A DNA stretch of 64,000 nt from contig DASVQE010000106.1 in the NCBI GenBank assembly GCA_036389275.1, positions 10,178-74,177 of the forward strand, read 5' to 3'. Source of the DNA: Thermoanaerobaculia bacterium. Lineage in GTDB: Bacteria; Acidobacteriota; Thermoanaerobaculia; Gp7-AA8. Below are positions 19,505 through 28,877 of the stretch, one piece after another. How positions within the stretch are numbered: position 1 is the first letter of the stretch; each line of letters begins with the position of its first letter. A program made the position numbers and the translations under genes. A model generated the notes under the pieces. The model was not told the origin of the DNA. It searched no databases and saw nothing but the letters and a program-made list of their open reading frames with translations.

Positions 19505-19693
19505 CCGTACAGGGGTTTCACCGACGCCACGCTCTGCATCGGCTGCAAGGCGTGCGAAGTGCCGTGTAAGGAGTGGAATGACGTGCCGGCGGTGGGTATG
19601 CGCTTCCGGCAGCTCGTACGACGGCCGGTTCGGCAGACCGGGCGAGTGACCCTCTGGTGCGGATGCTCTTGCATCAATTCGGCGCACCCTTGA
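19505..19693 (+). pseudogene. remnant of 4Fe-4S ferredoxin-type oxidoreductase subunit (FdnH/DmsB/HybA-family N-terminus)
   Basis: Startless 62-codon open frame encoding TDATLCIGCKACEVPCKEWNDV, resembling conserved N-terminal first-cluster motif of formate dehydrogenase-N beta-type subunits; remainder of frame unrelated. Confidence 0.3.
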
Positions 19694-19990
19694 ATCTTCT
19701 GGTTGTGTTGCGACACCGCCACTGGATCTTGATCCGGGACGGGACTTCCGTTGGCAGCAAGCGAAGTGTGTACGATTATCGGACGCGCGTCCTTCATATC
19801 AAGGGAGTTCCGCGGAAACGCCAAACCCTACCCACGGATCGGCGCCTGCCCCGGCGATATTTTCCGTGGAGCATCCGTGCGAAAGCTTGAAACATGCAGT
19901 TTTTGGTCGCGGGCCCGCGGGCGACGTTCGCTCGCCAAATTGGCGACCTTGCGAGTCACTTTGCGAGTCTCCAGTTTTAAGTTACCCGCT

Positions 19991-20090
19991 GAAACACGAA
20001 GCGCCGAAGTGGCGTCTGCTGAGTGCTTTAGATTGGCGAGGCCGACGGGCTCGAACCCGCGACATCCGGCATCAGGCCGGCGGTCTTGGC
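19991..20090 (-). repeat. degenerate tRNA-Asp 3' fragment + degenerate terminator hairpin (copy C)
   Basis: Minus strand CCGGCCTGATGCCGGATGTCGCGGGTTCGAGCCCGTCGGCCTCGCCA plus GCGCCGAAGTGGCGTC hairpin; ~230 nt toward lower coordinates also resemble region 25070-25180 next to genuine tRNA. Confidence 0.5.
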
Positions 20091-20142
20091 ATAGAGCGAG
20101 GCAGTCAAGACGATCCTGTAACTCGTCGCACCGCTCCTATTC

Positions 20143-23100
20143 TTGTACCCTCTGAGAATGCTTTCTTTCGTGTCTGACAACGCAATTCCGTGTGGGATGT
20201 GTGGCTTTCCGCTACCGCGCACCACGGTCTATCGCGTCGTCCGTGACGACTCGGATCCTGTGGCCGTCGCGTCGGTGATGGATGGCAACGTCAATTGCAT
20301 TGTCTGTCCGAACTGTGAATACAAGGGCTGGATCACGATCCCGCTGCTGTGGGTTGATCGCGCCCACAAACGCGCCGTTTTCGTAGAGAACGCTGCGTCA
20401 CATCCCGGTCAAAGCGAAACTGTATTCAACGAGCTTGCAGAGATCGCATTCGGTGGCGTGGATCCCGAGGATCGCGAGGCGATTCTCGGCCGGTTGCAAC
20501 AAGTGAAATGGCCGACGGAGATTCGGGCGGCGCTGAAACTCTCACCTGAGCAGGCAGAAGCGGAACGGAAGGCTTACGACGCGTTCCTGCGCCGCGACAT
20601 TCTCCCGCTGCCGGAGCGGCTCGAGCAGGCGATCCGCGACATGATTCAATCCGGCGCGTTTTACGCCGAGGGCCGAGAGCTGTCGCGGGAATTCCTCGCG
20701 CTCGCCGAAGGCGAACTTGCAAAGATCGCCGAGAACGACATGAGCTCGCGCGCGCAGTCGCTGCGGCAGTTGGTGCCGAATCTTGCGGAACGGATCAAGA
20801 CGACCTCCCCACAGGAGACGCCTCCTGTCCCCGCCGCGGATTGGGAGGCGGAGGGTGGCCCGAAGTTCGAGGGCTTCACCGCATGGATAAACGTTGCGTC
20901 GCGCGACTCCGGCGAACAGGGTACGACTGGGAAACGGGGAAGCGCCGAGGCCGCACCAGTCGTCGATTTCGCAGGTCTCGCCGGTCGCGCTGCATCGGAG
21001 AATGACGCCTCGGAGCGTGTTGCCGTGCTACGTGAACTCACGTCCGGTTACCTGAACGCCGGACTACCGCACGAAGCCGCCGCCGCGGCGCGCGAGTTCC
21101 TCAAGGCAGCGGGGGCGGCAAACGATCAGGCGGCGGGCGTGGATGCACTCGTCTTCGCCGCGGCCGCTGCAGCACGCTCCGGCGACGGCCAAGCGGCGAT
21201 CAACTATCTTGCGCATGCCGAGGCGGAGATCCACAAGATGTCCTCTGTCTCGATTCAGACTCTGGCTTACGGAGCGGAGATAGGCGGCGATGCATACATG
21301 CTCGTTCGCCGTTTTCCCGACGCTTGCCGGCAGTACCAGCGTGCCCTCGAGTTGTACGAGCGCGACGGTCGAGCGGATGGCATACGCGTGGCTCTGGGAC
21401 GCTTGGCCAACGCGTGCATGCGTGCCGGCGATCTCGATCAGGCGATCGCCGCCGACCGGCGGCTCGTCGATGAATTGGGCGATACGGCCGACGGCATCAG
21501 GACCCGCCTCAATCTAGGGGGCGCGCTCGCTACCGCCAGTCCGCCACCCGAGCTAACCGTGGACATCGGATTCACCGTCGCTCCCAAATCGAGCCCGGAG
21601 ACGCAAACGGCCGAGAGACTCGATGCACCGGCCCCCGCGGCGCCGCCGGGACTGCGATGTCGCATCGAAGCGAAGCTGCGGACGGAGGTTGGGCGGGAGC
21701 GAGTGCTTTTCGAAACCATCGTGGGCGACGAGGCCATCGATCAGATGACCCGCGCGCGTAACGATGCAATCCGCATCGGCGCCGACGACCTAGAGCTCAG
21801 TGCGTACGACTTCATGGTGAACGCCTTTCTCGGCTATCACATGCGCAGGGCCGCGCGAGACGTTCTTCAACTCTCGATCAAGCGGCACGAAGAGCTCGGA
21901 CGTTCCGTTCGCCCGTACACCGTGGCGCTCCTCGGGGCGGTGTGGGAAGCGACGGCGCAGGATGCGGGAGTCGCCGGTGATCAGGACGAAGCGCGAAATG
22001 CGTGGACGCGGGCACTGGGCGTCTTCGAGCGCGCGGAGCGCGAGTCCGCCGCGCGGGGAGAGCTCGACGCCGCGGATGAGATCCGATCGATGTCGAAGGC
22101 CGGTCAGTCGATCTGTCTCGAAGCGCTCGGCCGACATGCCGAAGCCCGCGACGGATATCGCCGGGCGATGGGGATGTTCGAAGGCGCGCGGCAATATCTG
22201 ATCGAGCGCGACCAGAAGGAGTTCGTGCAGGGACGCTCGATGATCCTGTTTTCGCGTGCGCAGCGGAACAATCTCGCGCTCTACGCCTCCACCGGTGACG
22301 CTGCGCTGCTCGAGGAATCCTTCTATTTCGCCGACGCGGGACGTTCCCGAATTCTCCTCGATGAAATCGGCGCCGCCGGAATCGCGCGGCCGGTCACGGT
22401 CGAGGACATCGCCGGCGGCCTTCCGCACGGCGCGGCGCTTGTGCAGTACTCACTGATGCCAACCTACCCGAACTGCGCCGGAAGCTGGGCGATCTACACC
22501 ATCGTTCCCCGAACGGGACTGGCGCCGTTCGTCATTCAGCAGAATCTCGATCAGGTGCTGAAGGCGCGCGACGCACTCTACTCCGCAATCGACACTTTCC
22601 AGGCCGGGCAATGGCACGATTTCGGGAGTTTCAATGCCGCGTTGGAGGATCTCGGATCTCTTCTGCTTCCTCCGCAACTCGTCGAATTCCTCCGCAGAAG
22701 CGGCGTCACCCGGATCATCTTTGCTCCGGAGGCGTATTTGATGGATGTGCCGTTCGCGGCGCTGCGCGTTCGGTGGAACGGAACGTTGGACGATCTGAGC
22801 CGCGGCGGTATCGAGACGATCGTCGTTCCCAGCGCGAGCGTCTATGTCTCGGCAGGCGAGCGCCGGGCGAAAGAGAGTGCCGCGCACTCGCTGCTCTGCA
22901 TCAGCGATCCGAACGAAGATCTCCCCGGAGTGACGGAGTGGATCGACCAGAACGTACGCTCCACCTGGCCAGGAAAATCGGAGCATCTCTCGAAAACGAA
23001 TGCGGTGCGAAGCGGTGTCTTCGGCGCGCTTCCGCAGGCGCGGGTGGTCTTTTATTTCGGCCATGGGGATTATGAACAGAACGACATCGACAGTTCCGGG

Positions 23101-23469
23101 CTGCTGCTGCACGACGATCCACTGACGTTCAACGATCTTTTGGACACCGAGCTGAAGCTCGACTGCGACCTCTTTCTCGCGCTCGCATGTTTCGGGGCGC
23201 GTGTGGATGCCGACTGGCATTCGCGCGAGACCGTCGGTTTTTCCAGCGCGCTGCTGCAATCGGGCGTGCGCAATGTGGTCGCAGGACTGTGGCCGATGAC
23301 GGTGGGCTTCGCAACGGCGTTCGGGGCCGCGATCATGCGGCACCTCGCCGCTCGAGTGCCGATCGCCGACGCCTGCCGGCGTGCACTGATCGAGACGCGC
23401 GACGCCGATCCGCGCTGGGCCCATCCGTGGTCGTGGGCCGGTGTGAGGCTGACCGGCACCGGCTCCTGA
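20143..23469 (+). CDS. giant zinc-ribbon + TPR-like protein with C-terminal CHAT peptidase domain
   Basis: 1108 aa; N-terminal Cys4 ribbon (CGMCG ... CIVCPNC); helical repeats; C-terminal CHAT context VVFYFGHGDY (His) and LFLALACFGARVD (Cys). Confidence 0.75.
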   Translation: MYPLRMLSFVSDNAIPCGMCGFPLPRTTVYRVVRDDSDPVAVASVMDGNVNCIVCPNCEYKGWITIPLLWVDRAHKRAVFVENAASHPGQSETVFNELAEIAFGGVDPEDREAILGRLQQVKWPTEIRAALKLSPEQAEAERKAYDAFLRRDILPLPERLEQAIRDMIQSGAFYAEGRELSREFLALAEGELAKIAENDMSSRAQSLRQLVPNLAERIKTTSPQETPPVPAADWEAEGGPKFEGFTAWINVASRDSGEQGTTGKRGSAEAAPVVDFAGLAGRAASENDASERVAVLRELTSGYLNAGLPHEAAAAAREFLKAAGAANDQAAGVDALVFAAAAAARSGDGQAAINYLAHAEAEIHKMSSVSIQTLAYGAEIGGDAYMLVRRFPDACRQYQRALELYERDGRADGIRVALGRLANACMRAGDLDQAIAADRRLVDELGDTADGIRTRLNLGGALATASPPPELTVDIGFTVAPKSSPETQTAERLDAPAPAAPPGLRCRIEAKLRTEVGRERVLFETIVGDEAIDQMTRARNDAIRIGADDLELSAYDFMVNAFLGYHMRRAARDVLQLSIKRHEELGRSVRPYTVALLGAVWEATAQDAGVAGDQDEARNAWTRALGVFERAERESAARGELDAADEIRSMSKAGQSICLEALGRHAEARDGYRRAMGMFEGARQYLIERDQKEFVQGRSMILFSRAQRNNLALYASTGDAALLEESFYFADAGRSRILLDEIGAAGIARPVTVEDIAGGLPHGAALVQYSLMPTYPNCAGSWAIYTIVPRTGLAPFVIQQNLDQVLKARDALYSAIDTFQAGQWHDFGSFNAALEDLGSLLLPPQLVEFLRRSGVTRIIFAPEAYLMDVPFAALRVRWNGTLDDLSRGGIETIVVPSASVYVSAGERRAKESAAHSLLCISDPNEDLPGVTEWIDQNVRSTWPGKSEHLSKTNAVRSGVFGALPQARVVFYFGHGDYEQNDIDSSGLLLHDDPLTFNDLLDTELKLDCDLFLALACFGARVDADWHSRETVGFSSALLQSGVRNVVAGLWPMTVGFATAFGAAIMRHLAARVPIADACRRALIETRDADPRWAHPWSWAGVRLTGTGS

Positions 23470-23482
23470 CCGGGCCTGCCTG

Positions 23483-24922
23483 TCATCCTCCGATCAGCCA
23501 GTACTGCTCGTCGGTCTCGGTCCTCGCCTCGCGGAGACCGAACCGATCCTGCGGCGGATGGCCGTGCCGAATCAGCGCGTGCATGTCGGTGAGCACGTCG
23601 CGCGCCGCCGCGACATACCCGTGCCCGAGCATGGTCAGGTCGGCGTTGGTCACGTTGATCGTGTCGATCTCCGGCAGGACCAGCACCGGCGGGATGAGAC
23701 CGGCCCGCGGAAAGTGGTGGAGCCAGCGCGAAGCTTCGACCGCGCGGTCGCGCTCCGAAACGTACAACGTTGTCCGCTGCGCGAGCCGCGTATAGGCGGT
23801 GCTGAGCGAACGGAACGTGTCGGCGTCCACATCGGCCGCCGCGAGGATGAACTGCCCGAAGCGAATGCCGGATCGTTTGTGGGCCGCCGCGGCGATCCGG
23901 TTCACCGCCCGGAGCACTGCGCGATTGCCCATGCTGTGGGCGATCACGTGGACCATGCGTGCGCCGCTCTGCATCGCGAAGTCGGAGAGATAGTCCGCGA
24001 TCGCTCCTTCGCTGGCCTCGATCGTCGCGGCGTCGGCCAGGTAGCCGTCGAGCGTTCCCTGCGAGGGCCAGCTGAAGAACGCCATCGCGCCTTTGACCTG
24101 GAGGTCGAAGCCGATCTGCGCGGCGCGAAGCGCTGCCTCCTCGAAGGAAACGTTGTAGCCGTGCACGAACACCAGCGCGTCCCGTTCCTCAGCGGCGAAC
24201 GCCGCCAAGCGATCACGAATCTGTTTCCAGTGATCCTCCGCCGATGTTGCCGAGATGCCGAGGAGCCGCAGGCGGTCGTCGGACATCGTCAGGAGCCGCT
24301 TCCACCAGCGCGAGCCAATCGAGCCAATCTTGTGGGACTTCGGAATGAACACGCGGCAGGAGCCGTAGTCGACACTGCTTGCGCGCTCGGACGAATACCC
24401 TTTGCTGACATCCTCCGGATAGATCCGCTTGCGGTTCGTGGCGTACGAGACGACGTATTCCGCGCGGTCTCCGGCGGCCGCGGAGCGCGATCTCGTCTCG
24501 CGGCGGCGAGCGAGAAGGGCTTCGTCCGATGGCTCCGGCTGTCCAGACGTAGGAGCGGGTCCAGCGCGTGCCACCGGCTCGCTCGGCACCTCGATTGCCA
24601 TATGGTCCGTGACGGACATCGTGCCCGATGAAGGAAGCGTTCCCACGAAGACCATGGAGGCGAGCTTCGACCCGCGCTGCAACACATCTAGCCGACCGGA
24701 GTACCCCGTTCCAGGCTGGCCTTCTGCCCGCCAATCGATGTGTATGTCCATCGTGTCGCCGCCCGCGAGCGTCAACAGCACCATTCCGGGCGAGTCGAAC
24801 CGGTACATACCCATCTGCGCGTCCGGTCGGTGAACGGATACAGTTGCTGTTACGCTCGCCGGAGGCTCGGCCGTGAACGTCACCTCCAGCGGGAGATTCC
24901 GATCTGCAAGGACACGCATCAT
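23483..24922 (-). CDS. alpha/beta hydrolase (DUF900/PF05990-like) with ~220-aa N-terminal domain of unknown function
   Basis: ALVFVHGYNVSFEEAALRAAQ and VIAHSMGNRAVL (nucleophile elbow) typical of DUF900 hydrolases; N-terminal region without recognisable motifs; lies just after tRNA-Asp terminator on same strand. Confidence 0.65.
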   Translation of the reverse strand: MMRVLADRNLPLEVTFTAEPPASVTATVSVHRPDAQMGMYRFDSPGMVLLTLAGGDTMDIHIDWRAEGQPGTGYSGRLDVLQRGSKLASMVFVGTLPSSGTMSVTDHMAIEVPSEPVARAGPAPTSGQPEPSDEALLARRRETRSRSAAAGDRAEYVVSYATNRKRIYPEDVSKGYSSERASSVDYGSCRVFIPKSHKIGSIGSRWWKRLLTMSDDRLRLLGISATSAEDHWKQIRDRLAAFAAEERDALVFVHGYNVSFEEAALRAAQIGFDLQVKGAMAFFSWPSQGTLDGYLADAATIEASEGAIADYLSDFAMQSGARMVHVIAHSMGNRAVLRAVNRIAAAAHKRSGIRFGQFILAAADVDADTFRSLSTAYTRLAQRTTLYVSERDRAVEASRWLHHFPRAGLIPPVLVLPEIDTINVTNADLTMLGHGYVAAARDVLTDMHALIRHGHPPQDRFGLREARTETDEQYWLIGG

Positions 24923-25179
24923 TCAAGGGTAGCGGGTCCGGCCAGTCGCTGGAAGTCCTGAGCGCCGTCGTGCTAGGACCGGGTATGGTCGTAGGCAGCC
25001 GTGGCGCCGTTCAGCGAGCGGAGGGAGCTCGGCGTTGTAACAGGTTTTCCCGTGGAACATCGACGCAGAAGCGCGCAACATTTTGCAATTCTGGTCGCGG
25101 GTCTGCGGCAAAATTCGCTCGCGGAAATCGCGACCTTGCGAGTGAGCTTGCGAGACACAACTTTCTAAGCCAACCCACT

Positions 25180-25208
25180 GAAAACACGAAAGCCGCCGAA
25201 GTGGCGGC
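25180..25208 (-). terminator. rho-independent terminator of tRNA-Asp
   Basis: Minus strand GCCGCCACTTCGGCGGC hairpin followed by TTTCGTGTTTTC immediately 3' of tRNA. Confidence 0.55.
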
Positions 25209-25227
25209 TGATCAGCGCAACGAAATT

Positions 25228-25304
<77 letters not shown>

Positions 25305-25322
25305 GCGTCGTAGGGACTTTCG

Positions 25323-25925
25323 CTAACCGCGGGAGGGGGTGGGGCATTCCCTTGGCGGCGGCGCATGGTACTCGAAGGTCTCGGCTTCGCGCAACGGGGT
25401 ACCGGCGGCGTCTTTCGCGGAGATGATGGCGTCCGCGCCGACGCGCCAGTCGATGGCGAGGTCGGGGTCGTTCCAGAGGATGGTGCGGTCGCTGGGCTGG
25501 TGCCACGGCGTCGTGCATTTGTAGATGACTTCCGCCTCTTCCAGGACCGAGAAGCCGTGGGCGAAGCCGGGGGGGATCCAGAGCATGCGGCGGTTGTCGG
25601 CGGTGAGCTCGGCGAAGGCAGTCTTCCCGAACGTCGGCGAGCCGCGGCGGATGTCGACGGCGACGTCGAGGATCGCGCCGCGCGCGCAGCGGACGAGTTT
25701 TCCCTGCGGCTGGATGAGTTGATAGTGCAGGCCTCGCACGACGTTGCGCGCGGAGGCGGAGTGGTTGTCCTGGGCGAAATCGATCGGCAGGCCGAGGCGG
25801 GCGAAGAGCGTGGCGTTGAACGTCTCCATGAACCAGCCGCGCGAGTCGCGGAACACGCGCGGCTCGAGAATCAGCACGCCGGGAAGAGAAGTCTCGACGA
25901 TCTCCAAGCGGCGCGGATGATACAC
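25323..25925 (-). CDS. rmlC: dTDP-4-dehydrorhamnose 3,5-epimerase
   Basis: 200 aa; RmlC cupin signature (PGVLILEPRVFRDSRGWFMETF ... HYQ ... KLVRC ... GFAHGF). Confidence 0.85.
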   Translation of the reverse strand: MYHPRRLEIVETSLPGVLILEPRVFRDSRGWFMETFNATLFARLGLPIDFAQDNHSASARNVVRGLHYQLIQPQGKLVRCARGAILDVAVDIRRGSPTFGKTAFAELTADNRRMLWIPPGFAHGFSVLEEAEVIYKCTTPWHQPSDRTILWNDPDLAIDWRVGADAIISAKDAAGTPLREAETFEYHAPPPRECPTPSRG

Positions 25926-25950
25926 GCTTACACTGAGGCGGGAGGCGCGT

Positions 25951-27078
25951 GTGATCGATCAACCTGCAGAGAGCGATCTGGAGCGGCGGCCGCAGTGGCG
26001 GCTGGCCGGCATCATCTTCTTCGGCATCCTGGCGCTGCTGCTGTTGTACGCGGCGTTCCTGATCATCCGTCCGTTCCTGACGGCCATCCTGATCGCGGCC
26101 ATTCTGGTCACGCTCACGTTCAAGCACTTCCGCCGGCTGCGCGCGCGCATGCACGGCAGCTCGACCCGCGCGGCGTTGACCATGCTGCTGGCCATCACGC
26201 TGCTGATCGTGGTGCCCGCGGTCGTGCTCGGCGTGCTGCTCGTACAGCAGGCGAACGTCGTCGTGGAGAAACTGCAATCGGGCGAGGCGCAGGCGATGAT
26301 CCAGCGCATCGACCTCACGCACTCGCTGCAATGGGTCAAGCGGATCGCGCCGCAGTTCGATCCGGCCACGCTCCGGCCCGACCGCATGCTCCTGCCGGCC
26401 ATGCGGCAGATTCCCGGCTGGGTGGCGCGCAACGGCGGCGCGGTGCTCGGCGGGCTGGCCGGCGTCGTGATCGGCTTCGCGCTGGTGCTGCTCTCGATGT
26501 TCTTCTTCTATGTCGAAGGAGAATCGATCGTGCGGCAGCTCACGATCCTCTCGCCGCTGCCGCGCCGATACGACATCGAGTTCTTCACCCGCTTCAAAGA
26601 CGTCATCGATGCGACGTTCCGAGGACAGCTCTTCACCGGCATCGCCCAAGGCATCGTCACCGGCATCGGACTGGCGATCGCGCGCGTGCCGGGCGCCGGA
26701 TTCTGGGGCGCGGTCGCGGCGCTGCTCGCGCTCGTGCCGATGGTCGGCGCGGCGGCGGTGTGGGTGCCGGCGGCGATCTATCTCTGCATCGCCGCATCGA
26801 TGGGGCAGCGGCCGTGGTGGCAGGCCATCTTCCTCATCATCTGGGGCGCGCTGCCGGTGTCGCTGGTCGACAACATCGTGCGGCCGTGGGCGATGAAAGG
26901 CAAAGCGCAACTGCCGGCCATTCCACTGCTCTTCGCCGTCCTCGGCGGATTGCAGGCGTTCGGATTCGTCGGCCTCGTCATCGGACCGCTGGTCTTCTCG
27001 CTGCTGATGTCGATCATCGACATCTATAAACATTCGTTTCCAATGGCCACGCCGGCCGTCGTCACGACCGACGTCTAG
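25951..27078 (+). CDS. AI-2E family transporter (PerM/UPF0118)
   Basis: 375 aa, ~8 TM segments, conserved C-terminal block (ALLALVPMVGAAAVWVP...LPVSLVDNIVRP) typical of AI-2E family. Confidence 0.8.
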   Translation: MIDQPAESDLERRPQWRLAGIIFFGILALLLLYAAFLIIRPFLTAILIAAILVTLTFKHFRRLRARMHGSSTRAALTMLLAITLLIVVPAVVLGVLLVQQANVVVEKLQSGEAQAMIQRIDLTHSLQWVKRIAPQFDPATLRPDRMLLPAMRQIPGWVARNGGAVLGGLAGVVIGFALVLLSMFFFYVEGESIVRQLTILSPLPRRYDIEFFTRFKDVIDATFRGQLFTGIAQGIVTGIGLAIARVPGAGFWGAVAALLALVPMVGAAAVWVPAAIYLCIAASMGQRPWWQAIFLIIWGALPVSLVDNIVRPWAMKGKAQLPAIPLLFAVLGGLQAFGFVGLVIGPLVFSLLMSIIDIYKHSFPMATPAVVTTDV

Positions 27079-27575
27079 ACCTTCTTCTCGTAAAACTCCT
27101 GAATGTGCTCGTAGACCTGCTCGGGAAATTTGAGGTCGCGATAGACATTGCAGGCGCCGGGATCGTCTGTCGGGCAGATCGGGAACGACTGCTCGCGCTG
27201 CCATTCGAGGATGCGCTCGCGGCGCGGCGGATTGTAGTCGCGCCCTTCGACCTGGCGGCAGAGCAGGCGCGCGTCGTGGTCGCTGACGCCGGGATTGCGG
27301 CAGAGCCAGGCGCAAAGCTCATCCTCGGAGAGGAAGTGCCGCGCCACCATGGCGAACGTCAGCCGGCCGTAGTGACCGATGTCTTCGCCCCGTTCCAGGG
27401 CGTCGAGCAGGTGGAACATCATCGCGTTGTTGCGGAGGTCTTCGATTGCCATGCCTCGGACGATTTGCGGGATATGTTCCATGCCGTCTACGACTTGTGG
27501 AGTATGACGGAAGGATGGAAATGCGCCCACTTTCACGCTCGTTTGACACATCTTTGGCAGATTATTTGTAACCAC
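27075..27575 (-). CDS. hypothetical protein (lower-GC than neighbours)
   Basis: 166-aa ORF, start uncertain (MVTNN / MCQTSV / MEHIPQ alternatives); no motif; visibly AT-richer codons. Confidence 0.35.
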   Translation of the reverse strand: MVTNNLPKMCQTSVKVGAFPSFRHTPQVVDGMEHIPQIVRGMAIEDLRNNAMMFHLLDALERGEDIGHYGRLTFAMVARHFLSEDELCAWLCRNPGVSDHDARLLCRQVEGRDYNPPRRERILEWQREQSFPICPTDDPGACNVYRDLKFPEQVYEHIQEFYEKKV

Positions 27576-27583
27576 ATCTACCG

Positions 27584-28006
27584 ATGGAAGGCGAGCTCGG
27601 ACCGCGCGTGCTCATCGCCGATGGCGACGCGACCCTGCGCCAGCGGCTCTACGGGGCGTTGCTGGAGCGGGACATCTTCTCCGACTGCTCCGCGAGCGTC
27701 GACGACAGCGTCGAGAAGCTCGACGGCACCGTCTACGCCGTGGTGGTGCTCGACATCGCGCTCGCCGGCGAGCTGCATCGCGTCCTCGACCGCATCGGCG
27801 CGATCACGCACGCCGAGCGGCCGGTGGTGCTGGTGCTCGCGCCGAACGTCGAAGCGGCGCGCGCGCTCGACGTCGAGATCGTGCAGATCGTGTTGCGCAA
27901 GCCGGTGCTCCTGCCGCAGCTCGTCGATCTGATCCGCAGTTGCATCCGCAGCGCCACGCGCCGCGCGCTCGCGGCCGTGCCGCGCGATCAGCACGCGTCG
28001 TCTTGA
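27584..28006 (+). CDS. receiver (CheY-like) domain protein, possibly atypical
   Basis: VLIADGD acidic pocket, VVVLDI phosphoacceptor-like Asp, LRKPV lysine; conserved Thr/Ser position appears replaced. Confidence 0.45.
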   Translation: MEGELGPRVLIADGDATLRQRLYGALLERDIFSDCSASVDDSVEKLDGTVYAVVVLDIALAGELHRVLDRIGAITHAERPVVLVLAPNVEAARALDVEIVQIVLRKPVLLPQLVDLIRSCIRSATRRALAAVPRDQHASS

Positions 28007-28371
28007 ACGTCGTGGCCGGCGCCGCGCAGCGCCTGCACGCTTTCCTCGAGCCGCTGCACCAGCAGGTAATCGGTGTCGAACGTGGCGATGAGGAAGACGC
28101 TGATGCGTGCCGCGGCGAGCGGTGCGACGAGCGCGGCGGCGACGCCGGTGGTCTCGAACGGAATCGGCCCATGCACGCGCAGCGCGCGCCAGCCGTGCTC
28201 CGACTGCACGTTCGCCGGCACGGCCGCGCTGTCGCAGACGACGGAGAGCTCGTCGGGCGTGCGCGTGATCGAGACGAACGGACCTTGCGGCCAGTCGGGC
28301 AGCGGCGCATCGGCGGCGAGTCGGCAGACGGAGAGCAGTTGCGGAAGGATGGAGATGCGGAGCTGCATCAC
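27988..28371 (-). CDS. ACT-like small-ligand-binding domain protein
   Basis: 127-aa ORF translationally coupled (ATGA) to upstream receiver gene; pattern (SVVCDS...RALRVHGPIPF...GVAAALVAPLAAARISVFLIATFDTDYLLV) resembles ACT_7-type domains. Confidence 0.45.
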   Translation of the reverse strand: MMQLRISILPQLLSVCRLAADAPLPDWPQGPFVSITRTPDELSVVCDSAAVPANVQSEHGWRALRVHGPIPFETTGVAAALVAPLAAARISVFLIATFDTDYLLVQRLEESVQALRGAGHDVQDDAC

Positions 28372-28748
28372 TCGGCGAGGAGACGGTCGATGGTGTCGAC
28401 CAGCTCGTGCGCGTCGAACGGTTTTCGGACGACGGCGTAGACCTCGCCGGCGATGTTCTTGAGGATCGAATCGGGCGAGGCGGTGACGAGCACGACGCGC
28501 TTGAGCAGCGCCGGCTGCGCCTCGCGCAGATGGCGGATCACGGTCATGCCGCCCTGGGTCGGCGTCATCAGATCGAGCAGCAATCCGTCGTACTCGGTCT
28601 GGCTGATCTTCTCGATCGCGGTGAGCCCGTCGGCTACGACGTCGGCGCGGTGGCCCTGACGCTTGAGGAGCGTTGCCACCAGGCGCTGCATCGACGGATC
28701 GTCGTCGAGCACGAGCAGGCGCGCCTTCTTTCGGAGTAACGGGAGCAT
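28368..28748 (-). CDS. single-domain response regulator (receiver)
   Basis: LLVLDDDPSM..., LLLDLMTPTQGG, VVRKPF: canonical receiver landmarks (DD pocket, phospho-Asp, Thr, Lys). Confidence 0.75.
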   Translation of the reverse strand: MLPLLRKKARLLVLDDDPSMQRLVATLLKRQGHRADVVADGLTAIEKISQTEYDGLLLDLMTPTQGGMTVIRHLREAQPALLKRVVLVTASPDSILKNIAGEVYAVVRKPFDAHELVDTIDRLLAE

Positions 28749-28777
28749 TGGCGCGCGAGTCTATAACGGGGCGGGAG

Positions 28778-28852
28778 TGGTGCGGAGTAAGGGATTCGAA
28801 CCCCTGACTTCCTCGGTGTAAGCGAGATGCTCTACCGCTGAGCTAACTCCGC
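28778..28852 (-). tRNA. tRNA-Val (anticodon TAC), 75 nt with encoded CCA
   Basis: Minus strand GCGGAGTTAGCTCAGCGGTAGAGCATCTCGCTTACACCGAGGAAGTCAGGGGTTCGAATCCCTTACTCCGCACCA; 7-bp acceptor, D-arm GCTC/GAGC, anticodon loop CTTACAC, T-loop TTCGAAT. Confidence 0.85.
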
Positions 28853-28877
28853 AACCGGACGACGAGAATACCACGCG

